This document shows, in pieces, positions 38,561 to 52,200 of a stretch of 64,000 nt of DNA (positions are counted from its first letter, which is position 1; each line of letters starts with the position of its first letter). This DNA comes from Marsupella aquatica (lineage: Eukaryota; Plantae; Marchantiophyta). The position numbers and the translations under genes are program-made. The notes below the pieces were generated by a model. The model had not been told where the DNA came from, ran no database searches, and saw nothing but the letters and a program-made list of their open reading frames with translations. The DNA is taken from the NCBI GenBank assembly GCA_973895155.1, contig OZ316894.1, positions 23,992,709-24,056,708 on the forward strand, in the 5' to 3' direction.

Positions 38561-39428
38561 ACCATATATTATCAGATGTGCACTTAGGGATCGCATAGAA
38601 CAGTTGCGGGAAGTGGGGTTTAGGTGGGGTCCTGTTGGTCCTTTTTCTTAACACCTTTTGTTTCGTGTGGGCACTGGTGGTGGGTCGAGGAGTTTTAATG
38701 TTTGGCCCCCACCAGCCATGTCCAAAACTCCCCAACTGCTGCTCCCGCTCAGCGCACCAACTTGCTTGCCGTCCTCCCCTCCAGCTCTTGGACATCCTGG
38801 GATCCATCCTACCTTTGCGGCTTGACCTCTCACACCCCAAAAACAATCACGAAACCCTCCATATCTGCGACTCTTGCCTTCTCCTTTCACTCTCCTCCCC
38901 CTCCACACAACTTCGGCCTCTCCTCCCTACCCGCAAGCCCTACCTTTTCTTTTGACTCTCTTTCCCATCCGCACAACTTTCATGTCTCTTTCGACTACTC
39001 TATCCTCACACAATATTTTGCTTCGACAACTTCCACTTCATCCATTTTCCTTTGTGCCACACAATGAACCATCTTTGATAGTTTTAAGCATTCGGTAATA
39101 GTTTGTGGGTTCTTCAAGGACACTTGAGCAGCTTTGGACTTGTGCTGCTTACTGCGTAGTCAAAGTTTTCTAAATGCCTTGCGAAGTGAGAAGTGGATTT
39201 AAGTGCAAACACATTTCTAATCATGCTTGCCACCAGCTCCGTCAATTTCATTAAACACATTGTAACTAGGAGGAAGAACAGCCAAAACCAGAGTACAAAC
39301 ATTGAAGTCTCTGAAAGGAGCATTGACCACCAATCATTTTCACATGTACATATAATCAAGAATGACCTGAGTTGATACACGTCCCTAATTGAATGCCTCT
39401 CCGTTTCGAAAGTGGCTCCTCCTGTTAG

Positions 39429-41632
39429 TCAACTTTGTACTTCGGTGGGAGCACTCTCTGCTTGCTCTTGTTCAGCTCTTAGCTTCTCCGCAGCTTTTCT
39501 CCGTTGTTTTATCCTCACAGCCTCTTTCTCTTTACCAATCTCTATAAACTTGAGGGATAAACGATCATCACCACATCCACCATCTTCGCATGCACCTCCT
39601 CGGCCTCAGGCAGCATGTGTGACCGCACATAAGCCCCCACAAGTTCTCGGTAAATTGGCACCTCAGGCTTGATGCCCTCATCTTGAAGCTCCAGAAATTT
39701 CTCCTTCAGCTCGGGAATGCGACGATTCCTTCCCAGTGCATCCATCATCGCTCGATACAGAAATTGGTCTGGCTTGTACCAAATCTCCTTTCGCACAATA
39801 TCAAATACCTGCAGAAAATATGTCCAGTTGCTACAAGTATTAACATCAAATGACGACAGTGGTTGAAGGTCCTACATGTGGATATGTTTCAGAAATCCAA
39901 CTTCAGAGAATCAATGAATTTAGGGTGAGTCTAGGGGGGCAGTAGAATCAACGGGTTGACGATATAGGTGGATCGTCCAAAACCAGAAATTGAAGTCAGA
40001 CCTGGAGGAAGTCACCAAACAAGAGACAAAGAGAGACACAGGTTTACCGAGAGAATGATTCCCCGTACCCACGATGAACCAATCGTTGACTTGGATCAAC
40101 AATGTTCAAAAAACTACGGAGAACAAATGAATAAATATTAAAGTCCACAGGAACCCAAATACCCTATAGAAACAGAATTTTCAGCACTAGAGAGAATGAA
40201 TGAGTAGTAATATTCACGGGTACCCAAATGCGACAACAGCGAGAGAACGAGCTAATACTACGGAGATTGAATGAAAATGTGAATTTAAAGTCCATACGTA
40301 CCGACGGTTTAGGGTATGCAAAGACGATGTGCAAAGAGGGTGAGATTCAAAACAAACAAAAAAATTATATCCAAATGGACCTGGATGGGGGAGAGGAAGG
40401 GAGAAAGAGGGGGACCTGAAGCGCTAGTTCGATCTCGTTCTGGCGCTGTAGTTCAGAAAGGGTGGCGAGTAGGTCCATCTTCAGCAATCGAGGGATTCGT
40501 GTCTGAAAGACCTTCGCAAGCTCACCGGGGTTATTCTTGCTCCTCTTCAGCTCGTGAACAGTCTGAACAGTCTCCTTGCTGATGACCGATCGGGTTCTCC
40601 ACAATGACCCTCGAGGTTGCTCCTTCGTTTTTGAGCTGGCCATGCCGCGAGTATGTGGGACTTCCATGGCTTCCATGGCTTCCTGGAAATCATCACCAAG
40701 CTCTCCATTTGCAGAGGCCCGCACTGCCCCTGCCCGACTAAAACGTAAATCTCTCCTGCTTCGATTCGATACCGTGTGAAATTGTCTTTCCGATCCAACA
40801 TTTCGAAGCCATTTCAGATGAGAAGGGACTTCGGAAATGCAAGTATTCGAATAGCTGAGATTTGAAGCCAACCCCAAACACTGCATCCCTAAATTTGGCA
40901 GAACACACATTCGAGTAATTACATTATAGCACCTTCGAACAATTCTCAAGTGAATCATCATCACCTCCGTCAGATTTCTTCTTAGACCAGACCGAGAGGA
41001 AGAAGAGAAGCTCCCTGGTTCCTGCTAAACTATTCAGGCTTGTTGATAATGATAACCCTTGATCTATTCCACTTACTAGTTATTCTCCCGAAATTTGACA
41101 TTTGAAAAACAATTCCCAACCGTTTTGGTTTATTTGCATTGAAGCTACACCTCTTCTGTATATATAGGTTTGGTTTCTTTGCATAAGGAAAATGAAGGCA
41201 AACATCTCCTGTAAGTTCTGTCCTCATATCCGTACTATATTTTAATCGTCAGATTCGAGTTCTAGAAACATCTTCAATTCGCAAAGGCAGTACCCGCCAG
41301 GGAGGAGGTTAACCAATGGTGCAGTACTGGAGCTGCCATCATCATTGACTGAATTGACATTGGAACGGATCAGTGAGGTGAGGCGAGGAGAGGAGAGGTG
41401 AGGTGAGTTTAACCTTACCTAGTCCTCCTGCTATGCATTGTTGTTGCTGTCGACAAGAGGCAAGGAAGAAGGAGTGCAATCCACGAGAAGCAGAAGCCCT
41501 AATGCAGGGACAATAGCAGAATTGGGGAAGAGGGAATGCCGATGCTGCAGCTGCGGCACTGCTACCAGCTCTAGCTCTCGCTCTCCAAATGCCGGAGACC
41601 AACCCTGCGAAGGCAGTAGCCATGGTAGCCAT
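39429..41632 (-). CDS. Short PPR protein, THYLAKOID ASSEMBLY 8-like, 3 exons, with an apparent C-terminal frameshift
   Basis: Exons 41632-41419, 40888-40416 and 39808-~39429, in consistent phase. Motifs LWRTRSVISKETVQTVHELKR, RLLKMDLLATLSELQRQNEIELALQVFDIVRKEIWYKPD and LYRAMMDALGRN are typical of THA8-like PPRs. As read, the frame stops at 39542. Confidence 0.85.
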
Positions 41633-42372
41633 GCCCGTCCATCAATCAATCAATCAACTCAAATCAATGGAAAAGCTCCTGAATTCTTTCGCCCTCCGTG
41701 CTTTGCTACCACCTACACTACGAATGCATACTCATGACCTCCATGAAATCCTGTCAACGTCGGGTCTGTGCTATGGTCATTTCTGTGTGCTCGTTGTTGG
41801 GTCTGGCAAATGAATAGAACAGAGTTGTCTAAACCCAAAACCCAAAGAGCTAAAACCTCTGAAGGGACCTCAATCCCAAACGTTATACTATCTGGGTAAA
41901 TAAAATATAATGGAAACATTATAAAAAATTCATACATGTGTATCAGGCCGCCAAAGAACAAAAGTGCCGACAAGATCGCAAAGGCAAAGACCCAATATAG
42001 GGGGTAAGATGGGAAGATGAAGGGGGAAGATGAAAGGGAAAGATTCCAAGAAGACCGAAGTGGACAGTGAGTCCCCAACAACCACAAAAAGATAAAAACG
42101 CTCACCGAGTAGCAAAGAAAACTAAAAAACATATTTGGAGTGTCACAAAGAAGAATCTATCTAGAGTGACTAAAACCAATTGTCTCGATTCTACAAATAA
42201 TAGTGAAAGCTTGAGTTCTTTGAAGTACAATAAACACCCTGTGCCTAAAAAAGACCATGAGTATAGAAACAGGGGGGTAAGATTGCACAAGCCTATAAGC
42301 CTGCAAGAACCATCTAGCATGTACATTAGAATCATTTTTGAATGTATGCATATGCTGTGAGCGCAACACACT

Positions 42373-42612
42373 GATCACTGTGTTTGATGAAGCAAAGGTT
42401 TGAATAAATATAAGAGACTTATGTGCTCTAAATATACAAGTAAATGATGGCTTTTATGGAGACAAATGCTAGGTTTTGTAAAACAAAGGATGATCACTGT
42501 GTTTGATGAAGCAAAGGTTAGAAGCAATATAAGGGACTAATGTGCTCTGAATATACAAGTAAATTTGATGGCTTATATGGAGACAAATGCTAGGTTTTGT
42601 AAAACAAAGGAT
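42373..42612. repeat. ~119-bp tandem duplication
   Basis: GATCACTGTGTTTGATGAAGCAAAGG...GTAAAACAAAGGAT occurs at 42373 and 42492. Confidence 0.85.
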
Positions 42613-44572
42613 GATGTGAACATGTGTACATGTGAGTATTGGTGTAAATCTGAATGTTTGGCTATGAAAATCAGAAAATATTGTGACTATATGTATGGGT
42701 ATGTCAGATGTTGTGTAGCATGGTAACAATCGGGCTTGATATATATCAGGGTGTGATGTATATGTTGATTTGGATCTCTCTCTTTGCATGTCATGGCCAG
42801 ACATATGCTAGTACTTGATAAATTTTATAATGTCCCCTTGACATTTCTCAATCTTAGGGGGAATCTTAGACAAGTTAAAACTTCCATATATCACAAGGTT
42901 TTTGTAAAAACAATAGTAACCTCCACATACAAACAACACAACAGAATATGTATAATTAAACAAAGATACATATATGAACTAAACTACACGTCGAGCACTA
43001 CCAAGACACAACAACCAACCCATCCTCGGCTAAACCTACAGTAGCTACTTACAAAGCCTCCATAGTGGTGGCTACCCAAAAAATCACGTTCCACAAAGAG
43101 GAGTCCGTCCAAGAGAGCTTGATTCGGAATTGAGTGCAACAACTACTTCACTGCTTCACTACTCCCCACTCTTTGCTAGTGCGAAGCTCTGTTCTCTTGC
43201 TTTTATGCCACTGCAGATCTTTAGAATCACTTTGAGTATATCTCACTCTACATACAAATCACCTTTAGAGATAGCCTGATATGTGCACTCTGAACATTGT
43301 GCATTTTCCATGACTGGCACCGCTGTGCTTACTTTCATTGTGCGCCAGCAAGGCAATCATACAACCAAAGCAACTTCCTTCGTAGACTTTGAAATACCGA
43401 ATCTCGAAGATTCGTCTCGTCCGAAAATGCACCTCCTATTCAGATCTCGAAATCATCTGAGACCAACCCCATCATAAGATGACCAGCACCTTCAACATTC
43501 CATCATGTCTAAGGTGATGCTCCCCACAGGACAGTTGAACCACATATTCGTAGAAAGAGACTCCAAGGCCGACCCTTTGATGTGATGGAATGTGGAATGC
43601 TGAAAGTGCGTCATCACATCTCTTCCTGGCAACAAATCGTAACTGATAAGTGTGACAAGCTGTCATTGACAGTGGTCTTCTTCAATAGATCTCTGCCAGA
43701 ATTGTCAACCCTGTATTGTAATGCAGATGCTGTCGTCGTCATAATAGATCCATGGTTCTAAATTGCTTCTTGCTCATCACATTTCTTAGAGCTTGACAAC
43801 GGGTTCTCAGCTGCTCTGAGACTGCACGAAGTCGGCAGTTTTCACCCAAGCCATCTCTATCCAATTTTTCTCAATGTGGAATGCTGCATCCTTCAGCAAC
43901 ACGATACAACAAGCAGCTATCCTGATCCTTGGTTCTCTCTCACTTCTTGTTGGCATGTTCTGCCACTTTTCTGGTCACGTGCTCCGATCAGACTTCTCAT
44001 CCGAAGCCATTTCCTCTTGACAAAAGGAAGAGGCTAGGACAGCGAGCCATCCAACTACTCCGGTTACTATTACGACTGCAAAATTACTTTGGAGAGTCCT
44101 ATGGGGAACCTTTGGAGGCTTTGGCCGCGTTTGCCACATCGAGGAGCAGCTTAATGGCGATCTGGATCAAATAAGCATCCTTCATCTTCCTGTTGGCGAA
44201 CATTCGAGAGTTTTTCGTGGGTTGGCTACGGGTTTCTTTTGTCCCCACTGCAGCGCACCTTTTTCTTGTCCTCCGCCATCGTGTTGCAGCACTTCTGGGC
44301 TTCTCTGCTTTGCAGGGCCGAAACGCTCAAAGGCGAGCAGCAGCCAAGGACATGATCAGTTCCGAACCTGAACCCCAACCCGAAACCTCGAACGGGACAA
44401 AAGAAACCCGTAGCCAAACGAACGGTTTCGATGTACTGCTTGGGATTCAACTCCCTTTGCTCCAGCAATTTGTGGCAGGACCTCTCGACGCCCCCTTGTG
44501 CCTGCCATCCCACCATCCACCACAGTGGGCGAGCCGGAAAGCTTTGGCAAATGAAGTGGTCTACAGTAATTA

Positions 44573-45113
44573 GGAGGGCTTTACAAGACGTACTAGGCAC
44601 TTGGGAGTTTTTTTTCACCAAAGGGCCATTGCACACACTAAATATTGTGCCCCGTGACTAAAAGCATTTTTTGAATACTTTTATTGCCCCCAAGGTCTTG
44701 TCGCAGCCAGTGGTGCCACATTAATTGACTAAAGGACAGATTGAGGACCCACTCCACTTGAATGTCACATAATCTTTTAGCTAAAGTCTTTGTAAATGTG
44801 AGAAAGAGAATATCTTATGAAGGACTTGTGGTCCCTTTTTAATGCAAATGACTTAAAATAGAAATGGACCAAGCAGCCAAAAGAACAGACCACCAAGCCA
44901 GGTGGTCTAAAATCTAGGACAAAAGAGTACTCCACATAAGCAAAAATTGGGCCCCACTGCATTCCATGTAAGATTGGTAACAGGTTTGGTTGAAAGTGCC
45001 CCCAACGTTTTTTAAAGTGAACAGCAGCCGTTTCTCTCAAATGGATGGCTCTGATCAGATCTTGAAGACAAAAGAAATGTGGAAATTGCCCTCAATGTCT
45101 TGTAAAGTCACCC
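44573..45113. mobile_element. Tourist-like (PIF/Harbinger) MITE, copy 1
   Basis: Ends are TTA|GGAGGGCTTTACAAGAC ... GTCTTGTAAAGTCACCC|TTA, giving imperfect TIRs and a TTA TSD. A related copy lies at ~47561-48100. Confidence 0.8.
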
Positions 45114-47560
45114 TTAATTAATGCCCTTCGTGATTTGTTGCTTTGTATTTTCAGGGAATCCTGGGAGCTTAGAGAAATTTGTGAGGGCATTGGAGGGCAT
45201 TCTGGGAGCATCTTGATTTTTTACTTTATATTTTGCAGGGCATTCTAGGAGCATAATTCAGTGGGCAACTGGATCATCTATATGGGAAGATTATTATCTA
45301 CTTTTAGTAAACTTAGTTAGAAAAAATAGAAATCTTTAAGTGTAGTAAGGTCCTATTTCAGAAGCATTATTGGTCAACAATAGACTCACAATGGGGACTT
45401 TACTGTATACAAACTATGGGCCGTAAACTCCTTTGCATTTTTTCTTTGTAGTTTATGGCTGGTAGCTTTTTTCTTTGTATATATATGGGTGGTAATGAGC
45501 CAGTAACACCTTGCCCCCCAAGCCTGCCACATGCTGGAAACCCCTGGTACATTTTTCTGTTTATGGGTGGTAACTTTTTTCTTTATTTATATATGGGTGG
45601 TAATGAGCCATTAACACTCCTGGGGGTTATGAGATTTTACCGCTTTGGCTAGCCAGCCCCCTAGAGGTTTATTCAGGTGCAGTTTCAAGTCATAAATAAA
45701 GTAAAGCTACACTTGGAGCTTATGGTTGTTAAAATCCATTGCCACTCAGGGATTACATCCTCTAACCCCCTTTGGCCCATGGATTATTTTACACATGTAT
45801 TAATTTGTCAATCATCCCTCAAAAGCTTCAAGAGGGAAAAATAGAAAACCGTTTTTGACATGGACAATGAGTGTTCAAGTAATCTTTAGAAATTCAGAAC
45901 TCTCTCATTTCTTCATGAAAACTAGAGATGTCAGACTGGTTGAAAAGATAGTTCCAAGGCATTTCTAACGAGCCCAAGAAGAGCTGATTCAGTTGGATAT
46001 GAAAGGAGATATTATTTTAACATCAAACTTTGTTGTTGAAAACTGTTTGGAAGCAAAAAGGGTGTCAAGCTCCATGGGGAAGCTTCGTGCCAGAAAGAGA
46101 GCATGATATCTGGTATGTCATGCTGTTAGATTATATATACACAAGAACAAGATCCAAAAGGCCAAAGACCCTATAAAGGGGCTCACTAGGTGATGGAAGG
46201 AAGAACCCTGGAAAAACACTGCTAGCAAAGCAGAAGACACAAAGGGAGGAAGAATAGGCGAGGTGTGAGTAGGGGATGGCACATAGTTAGGATCAAGGCA
46301 CACTAGAGGGATGTAACTAGGTATCGGCTCCATGACATCAACCATGAGGAGTCTACATTTTCCCCAAGACTAAAGTGGGGACTACGATGGAAGAGAGTTT
46401 GTATTGTTGGGAATGGCCATGTGGCAAGTTACAGACAGCTTGTACGAAACAGTAGAGATGAAGGTGCAACTTCCATGCATTTATGCATTACAGTATCCTT
46501 GTCTGCTTAAGAATTCTGGAGACTTCTGGCTGCTACTTCACATGGTAGTGAGGATGTGGAATGTGGTGTACTGATAAGAAAGGTCATCTAGTGAGCAAAG
46601 AATTATGCACTCTACTAGGTAATGGTGTGTAATGTACAATCACCAGGGGTTGCATGGTTCACATGCCGGGTAGATGGGAGCATCATTTTCCTCCCCCTGA
46701 TTTCCAGTTTGATTCAAGTGGATTTTTTGAATTTAATTGGATGAATGCTCAAATGCTTCCATTTGGACAACTCCTGATATGAGAGGCCTTTAAATTGCTT
46801 TGGGTCATGGTTGAAAATTTCTAGCTTTAGTGTTAATTCAAATAAAATTACCTCTTCCAGGCTGCAGAGTGTACTGGGCTCTTCCCTCTCCCAACTGTTT
46901 CTCTTGACATAAATTAAAGGGGAATTATAATTTGAAGTACTCTTGGAAGGTTTCAAATCATCAAAGTACCGTCAAAGTTGGCAAAATTATGCAAATATCC
47001 TTGCCGGTGTGAATGAGTGGTTAGAGGGTACTCTGAAATACATTGCCCCTCAAAACGAGGGTGCTAGCACAAGTTTTTAGGGGCTTTATTCTCACAATTC
47101 CAATAACTAGTATATTAACATACTAGAAAACTTGAGTGATTTTTTTGGGAACAACCAAGAAAAAGCAAACTTGTGAAATAGATAAAAAAAAGTTAAAGGG
47201 ACATGTAAAAAATTGTTGGCATGCAATTGGTTGAAAGCATCGACGAAGTTAAAATTAGAAAATATTAAGCCATGCAATATATTTGATTCTAGGTACAATC
47301 TCTCGTTTGGAATACAATCTTTATTTTTGTTTTACATAGTAAGACTATTTCTCTCTTTTACCTTTTCCTAGATTTATGATACTTCCAGTGAAGCCCTTTT
47401 CAAAGAAGGGAGGTATTTCTGAAAACTAATACCCTACAACAGATGAAGAAAAATCACGAAAGTCCTTATGTGTGAGATTCAATCTAAGCCATTCATATGC
47501 GAGAACAGGCCACACTACACTTTACATGAACTTGGGGCACAATGAAGCAAAACCATTACT

Positions 47561-48100
47561 AGGGACTTTACAAGACGTGGGGGGCACTTTGGAGTTTTTT
47601 TCACCAAAGTAAATTGGAGGGCCATTGCACACTCTAAATATAGTGTCCCGGGGCTAAAAGCATTTTTTGAATCAGTTTATCACCCCCAAGGTCTTGTGAA
47701 GCCAATGGTGCCAGATTAATTGACTAAAAGACAGATTGAGGACCCACTCCACCTGAGTGTCACCTAATCTTTGGCTAAAGTCTTTGTAAATGTGAGAAGA
47801 GAAGATCTTATGAAGTACTTGTGGGTCCCTTTTTAATACAAATGACTTAAAATAGAAATGGACCAAGCAGCCAGAAGAAGAGACCACCAAGAGTGCTCCA
47901 CATAAGCAAAAATTGGGTCCCCATTGTATTCCATGCAGTACTGGTAACAGGTTCGGTTGAAAGTGCCCCCAAGGTTTTGTAAAGTGAACAGTAGCAGTTT
48001 CTCCTAAATGGATGGCTCTGATAAGATCAGTCTCTCCTAAATGGATGGCTCTGATAAGATTTTGGAGACAAAAAAAATCTGAAAATTGCTCCCAACCTCT
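47561..48100. mobile_element. Tourist-like MITE, copy 2 (right end degraded, internal 33-bp duplication)
   Basis: Collinear direct copy of 44573-45113 (GACTTTACAAGAC..., GGGCCATTGCACAC..., GACAGATTGAGGACCCACTCCAC..., AAATGGATGGCTCTGAT). Confidence 0.75.
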
Positions 48101-49252
48101 TGAACCCCTTGCGGGTCCCTTTCTTTTCCATATGAGTGCATGCTTTTTTGTCAAAAACTTAGACCTCCTCTTGAGGTGGTCTTGAGGTGGTCTTGAGGTG
48201 GTCTAAAAAACAGGAGCAAAGGGCTGTTTTCTTTTTAGGGAGCTGCATTTATTACTTCAAAACCAGGCTCAAGCATTTTAACTTTTGGGTATGGAAGTGG
48301 CTTTTGCTTTGGATGGAGAGACAGTGAACGGCGGCCCCCACCGTACCCCCCTAATATGCCCCTCACCGGCTCACCCGTAACGTGGTCACAACTCACAACA
48401 AAATATGTCTACCGTTGACGACAATGCCCTCGACACGCGCTGCACCAAGGTGGGCCGAGGTATGCCATTGCTACCACGAGAACGAGAGCCGCCATCACCC
48501 TCCGCATTGCTCGGGGACTCAGCCCATCTGTATTCAATGAATTCACTCCCACAACCAGAACCCTTTATATTAGTAAACAAAACTGCTTGCCAGATGGCCC
48601 AGCTGAGTTCCACTGCGAGAAACCGATTTTCTGTGGAGAATATTAATTGGCAGAGATCCTCTCCTCTCGTCTCCTGTCCTCTCAAGTACTGTGACGGGGC
48701 GATTTTGTTCGGGATTCATGCGGCAGGATAACGACAGAGAGAGCTTCTCGATGGGTTGAGAGACGAGTAGTGAGGATCTTCGGAGAAAACCAAGTTTTGT
48801 AGGCCATGATGGTAAATAAGAGTGCAATTTCGGAGATAGACGCTGAATGGTCGAAATGCTACTCTGGGTGCTGCAGGAAACGAGAGAGCTCCTTCTGTTG
48901 TCTCACAGACGACGAGCGAACCCGTCACGTCAACCTTGCTCCTTGTGGGGTTTTGGAGAAATTCGGAGTGAGAAGCCTTCCGATTAACCGACTGTCCCCC
49001 TCGTGCTCTGATTCCCGGACATTGATCACTTTGGAGTAATGCGCAAGCTGAAATCATGAGCTTGTTAAGGAGAGAGGCTGTAATCCAACCGCCCTTGCCC
49101 CTTTGCCCGGACAGCGCCATCTATTGAATGGAGGCAGGACTCGCTGGAGTGGTTCTCGACAGACCTGATGCGATATCCATTGGACTCTGCGCTCCCCCTG
49201 GTTTGCATACCACGTTCCGCTTGAGAGCTCTCTGACCCTGTCTTCCCGATCA

Positions 49253-52200
49253 ATGCTGCCAGGAATGGCGCAGAAATCGGGGGATCTGTTGAGGTTGGAT
49301 GAAGAAATTGGAAATAAACGCCCGACGGCGGAAGCGTCCAGAAAAAAGACTCATCATCACAAGGTAAACCCGCCCTTCCCTGTTTATAATCCTTTTTCGT
49401 CTCACAGAGTTTCTGATTGCATGGTTGAATGAATAAAGGCATGCATGAATGGGTTTAAGGGTAGGCCTGTTCTCTATTGGGGGCACTCTTGTTGGGTAGC
49501 CGACCTGCAATACACAGTCCTTCAATTCGAATGCCTTCAAATTTTCTATGCAGAATGTTCAATGCAGAAGATTCTAAACATAGGACAAATGTTGGCCACC
49601 CCTGTGGCTTTCGAATCTTTTTCCCCTTCTTTCTTTGCAAACGTTGCTGGTCCGTGTGATGATGGTAGTCGTGTGAAAAGTGATGAATTGAATATTGGTT
49701 GTGTACACAGGAGGATAATGACTCTGGCAAGAATGATCACCGCAAAATCCAATCCATCAGCTGTCCGGAAAATGTGATGGACAAAAATTTCGGTCCTCAT
49801 AAGCATCATATCTCGAACGGAGGCGATCTGTGGATCGATGGGCTTCTTTGCGCCTACGAATTCATTCCTGCTGTCAAAAACACGGTGCAGGTCGGTGGAA
49901 AGTTCGGCCAGAAGAGTGGACCTGTGAAGGGCAATTTCACTGCAGAGATCTCGATGGGGGACGTAAATCGTTCCAAGGAACTGCCTCCAGTTGGACAAAG
50001 TAACAGTGTAGGGCGTGATCCCGCTGCAAATCTAGGTATCGATGTTTTCTCTAAAGCTCTTTCTTTTCTTCGGTGTTGCTTGTCCTATTTTTTTCTGCAA
50101 AGGTCCTTGTAAGGGTTTCAGGAGAGGACACGTGGGTCATTCAGAATCTGATTCTAGTTGTCTTCAGAGGTCCCCATTGAACCAGCTTTGGAACATTTCT
50201 TTCCAATCTTAATGCTTGTAGAGTGGACAATCAAATCCCCGCAAAAGTTTTTAGGCCCAGTTGAAGGATTGCCGAGGCCTCGCAGAGGTAGGGCAGGCAG
50301 AGGACACTGGTCATATTTTCGGTAAGTATGCCAGTGACCTTCAAGATCGCCATTGTGCAGATTCGAAGGTCTACTATACGAGCGATGAGGGTAGTGTTGG
50401 AAGGAAGGGGAGGGCACCCCATGATGTATCTCACGCAAAGGAGCCGCGAAACCAGTGGGTACCGATTGGTTGGGCACGAATCACGGAGCTTGTTGAGTAT
50501 GTCCAGGTATTCCATTTGCTGTACTCGTCCCGATCATTATGCCCAGTTTTTCCAAGAAAAGTTGAATTGTCTTGCACTACCTCAATTTCTCGACGGATGC
50601 AAGAGATCACTGGTCAATATTTGATGGAAGAGTACCTAGCTGTCCGGAAGAGCTTAGAGGTAGATAGTGCCCTGCGGTCATTTGTTGGTGGAAGTAATCG
50701 TTGGTTTTTGTTCAAAGTAGTCAAATTTGCAATTGTTTGATGGAGCATTATTGACGTGACCGTCTGCTTGTTGTTCAGAGTAACGCCGTTCTTTCGGAAG
50801 AAATAATGGATGATTGTGCGTCAGATGATGGTTCAGTCTCTGTGGCCGACCAAGCTGCCCCGTTCTTGCAGTTGCCAGCAGGGCCAATTTGGTGGTGTCA
50901 TGTTTTGGCGGGCCATCCTCAAATTATTAAATGGCTGAGCCTCGCCCAATGGTTGCACCCTGCCATAAGTTCCGGCCTTCGAGATGAGAGTCGTCTGATC
51001 AGCGAGCGCATGAAACACCTATTCTATGAGGTCACATTTTTTGTTATTCTTTCACTTAATTTCAGAAACTCTTGATTGGCCCGCGTGAAATGTTTTGTCT
51101 CCTTACGAACCCCTTTCCCTCCCGGCTGTGATTTCAAATCATTTCATCGTTCTGTGGATAGGCAATTGAAATTGCTTGCTACCATGTTGTTTCCCATACA
51201 ACTTTTTATTCAGGGATTTTTCCACCAAAGTCGCAAGGGTTTTGTGCATCCTCTGCCCGTAAACACCTCGTGGTGGGTCTGATTGAACAATATACCAGTG
51301 GTAGCTGTAGTTCACGATGATCTTTCTTCTTACTTTTGAAGAAGGAGCGGATCACGTTAGTGCCTCCATTTTCTAGTCCTTGACTCACAACATTTTGACC
51401 TAGTCCAGATTGAAAGCTGTACAGACAACGAAGCTATCCTTTGAATTTTACTGCGTCTGTCTGGGTGATTCCTTTGCAACGGCTTGAGAAAGGGAATGGT
51501 CGGGTCTTACGGACATGCAGTAATTCAACAATACCTACCTATAACTCAAGCTATTGGCACTGTTTTGTTTGTCCAGGTGCCAGTTCGAGTCGGTGGGGGT
51601 CTGTTATTTGAACTTCTAGGGCAGTCTGTGGGTGATCCTCACCATAATGAAGATGATGTTCCTATAGTACTTCGTTCATTCACGTCTATGAATTTCCTGA
51701 TCACAGCAATGCATGTAAAGGGGGATATTTCGAATGAGTTGAATGTGATCGGAGTATCAGAAGCTCAGGTGATGCAAACCTCCTTTCTGTGGTTTGCGGC
51801 ATTAGTATGAATATCTGATTTACATCTGTCAGATTTGTGGAGGTCAGGTGTTTCAGTCGCAGAATCACCCGTGAATGTTTTTCCCTTAGAGGATATCTGA
51901 AGTTTAATTGAGGTCTCTCCTTGTTTTTGAAATTTAAAAATCTACTCGGAATCAGACTTTATTCGGAGTAGATCAGCCCTCACCTAATCGAGAATAGATG
52001 GAGAATTAAAAGTATTTGTGGAAGTCATGGATGTGAAGTCCTGTTGGTGTTCGTAGCCTTCATAAACTAGCACCGATTCTTTGATTGCAGGATATTGTTG
52101 GGTCTGGTGGTGCAACAGCACCACGAACTGTACACGAAGTAGTTGCTTTATTAGCAGACCGGCTTGCTCGATGGGATGACAGGTTTCTTTCTGACATTCA

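Noticed and set aside
26817-41632. Functional cluster of plastid-related genes (J-protein, SOS4, DCL-like, THA8-like)
   Set aside because: They share no pathway, and plastid-targeted genes are common enough for this to be chance. There is no evidence of co-regulation.
44573-48100. Direct repeats read as the LTRs of a 3.5-kb retroelement
   Set aside because: There are no TG...CA ends, PBS or PPT. Copy 1 has TIRs and a TTA TSD.
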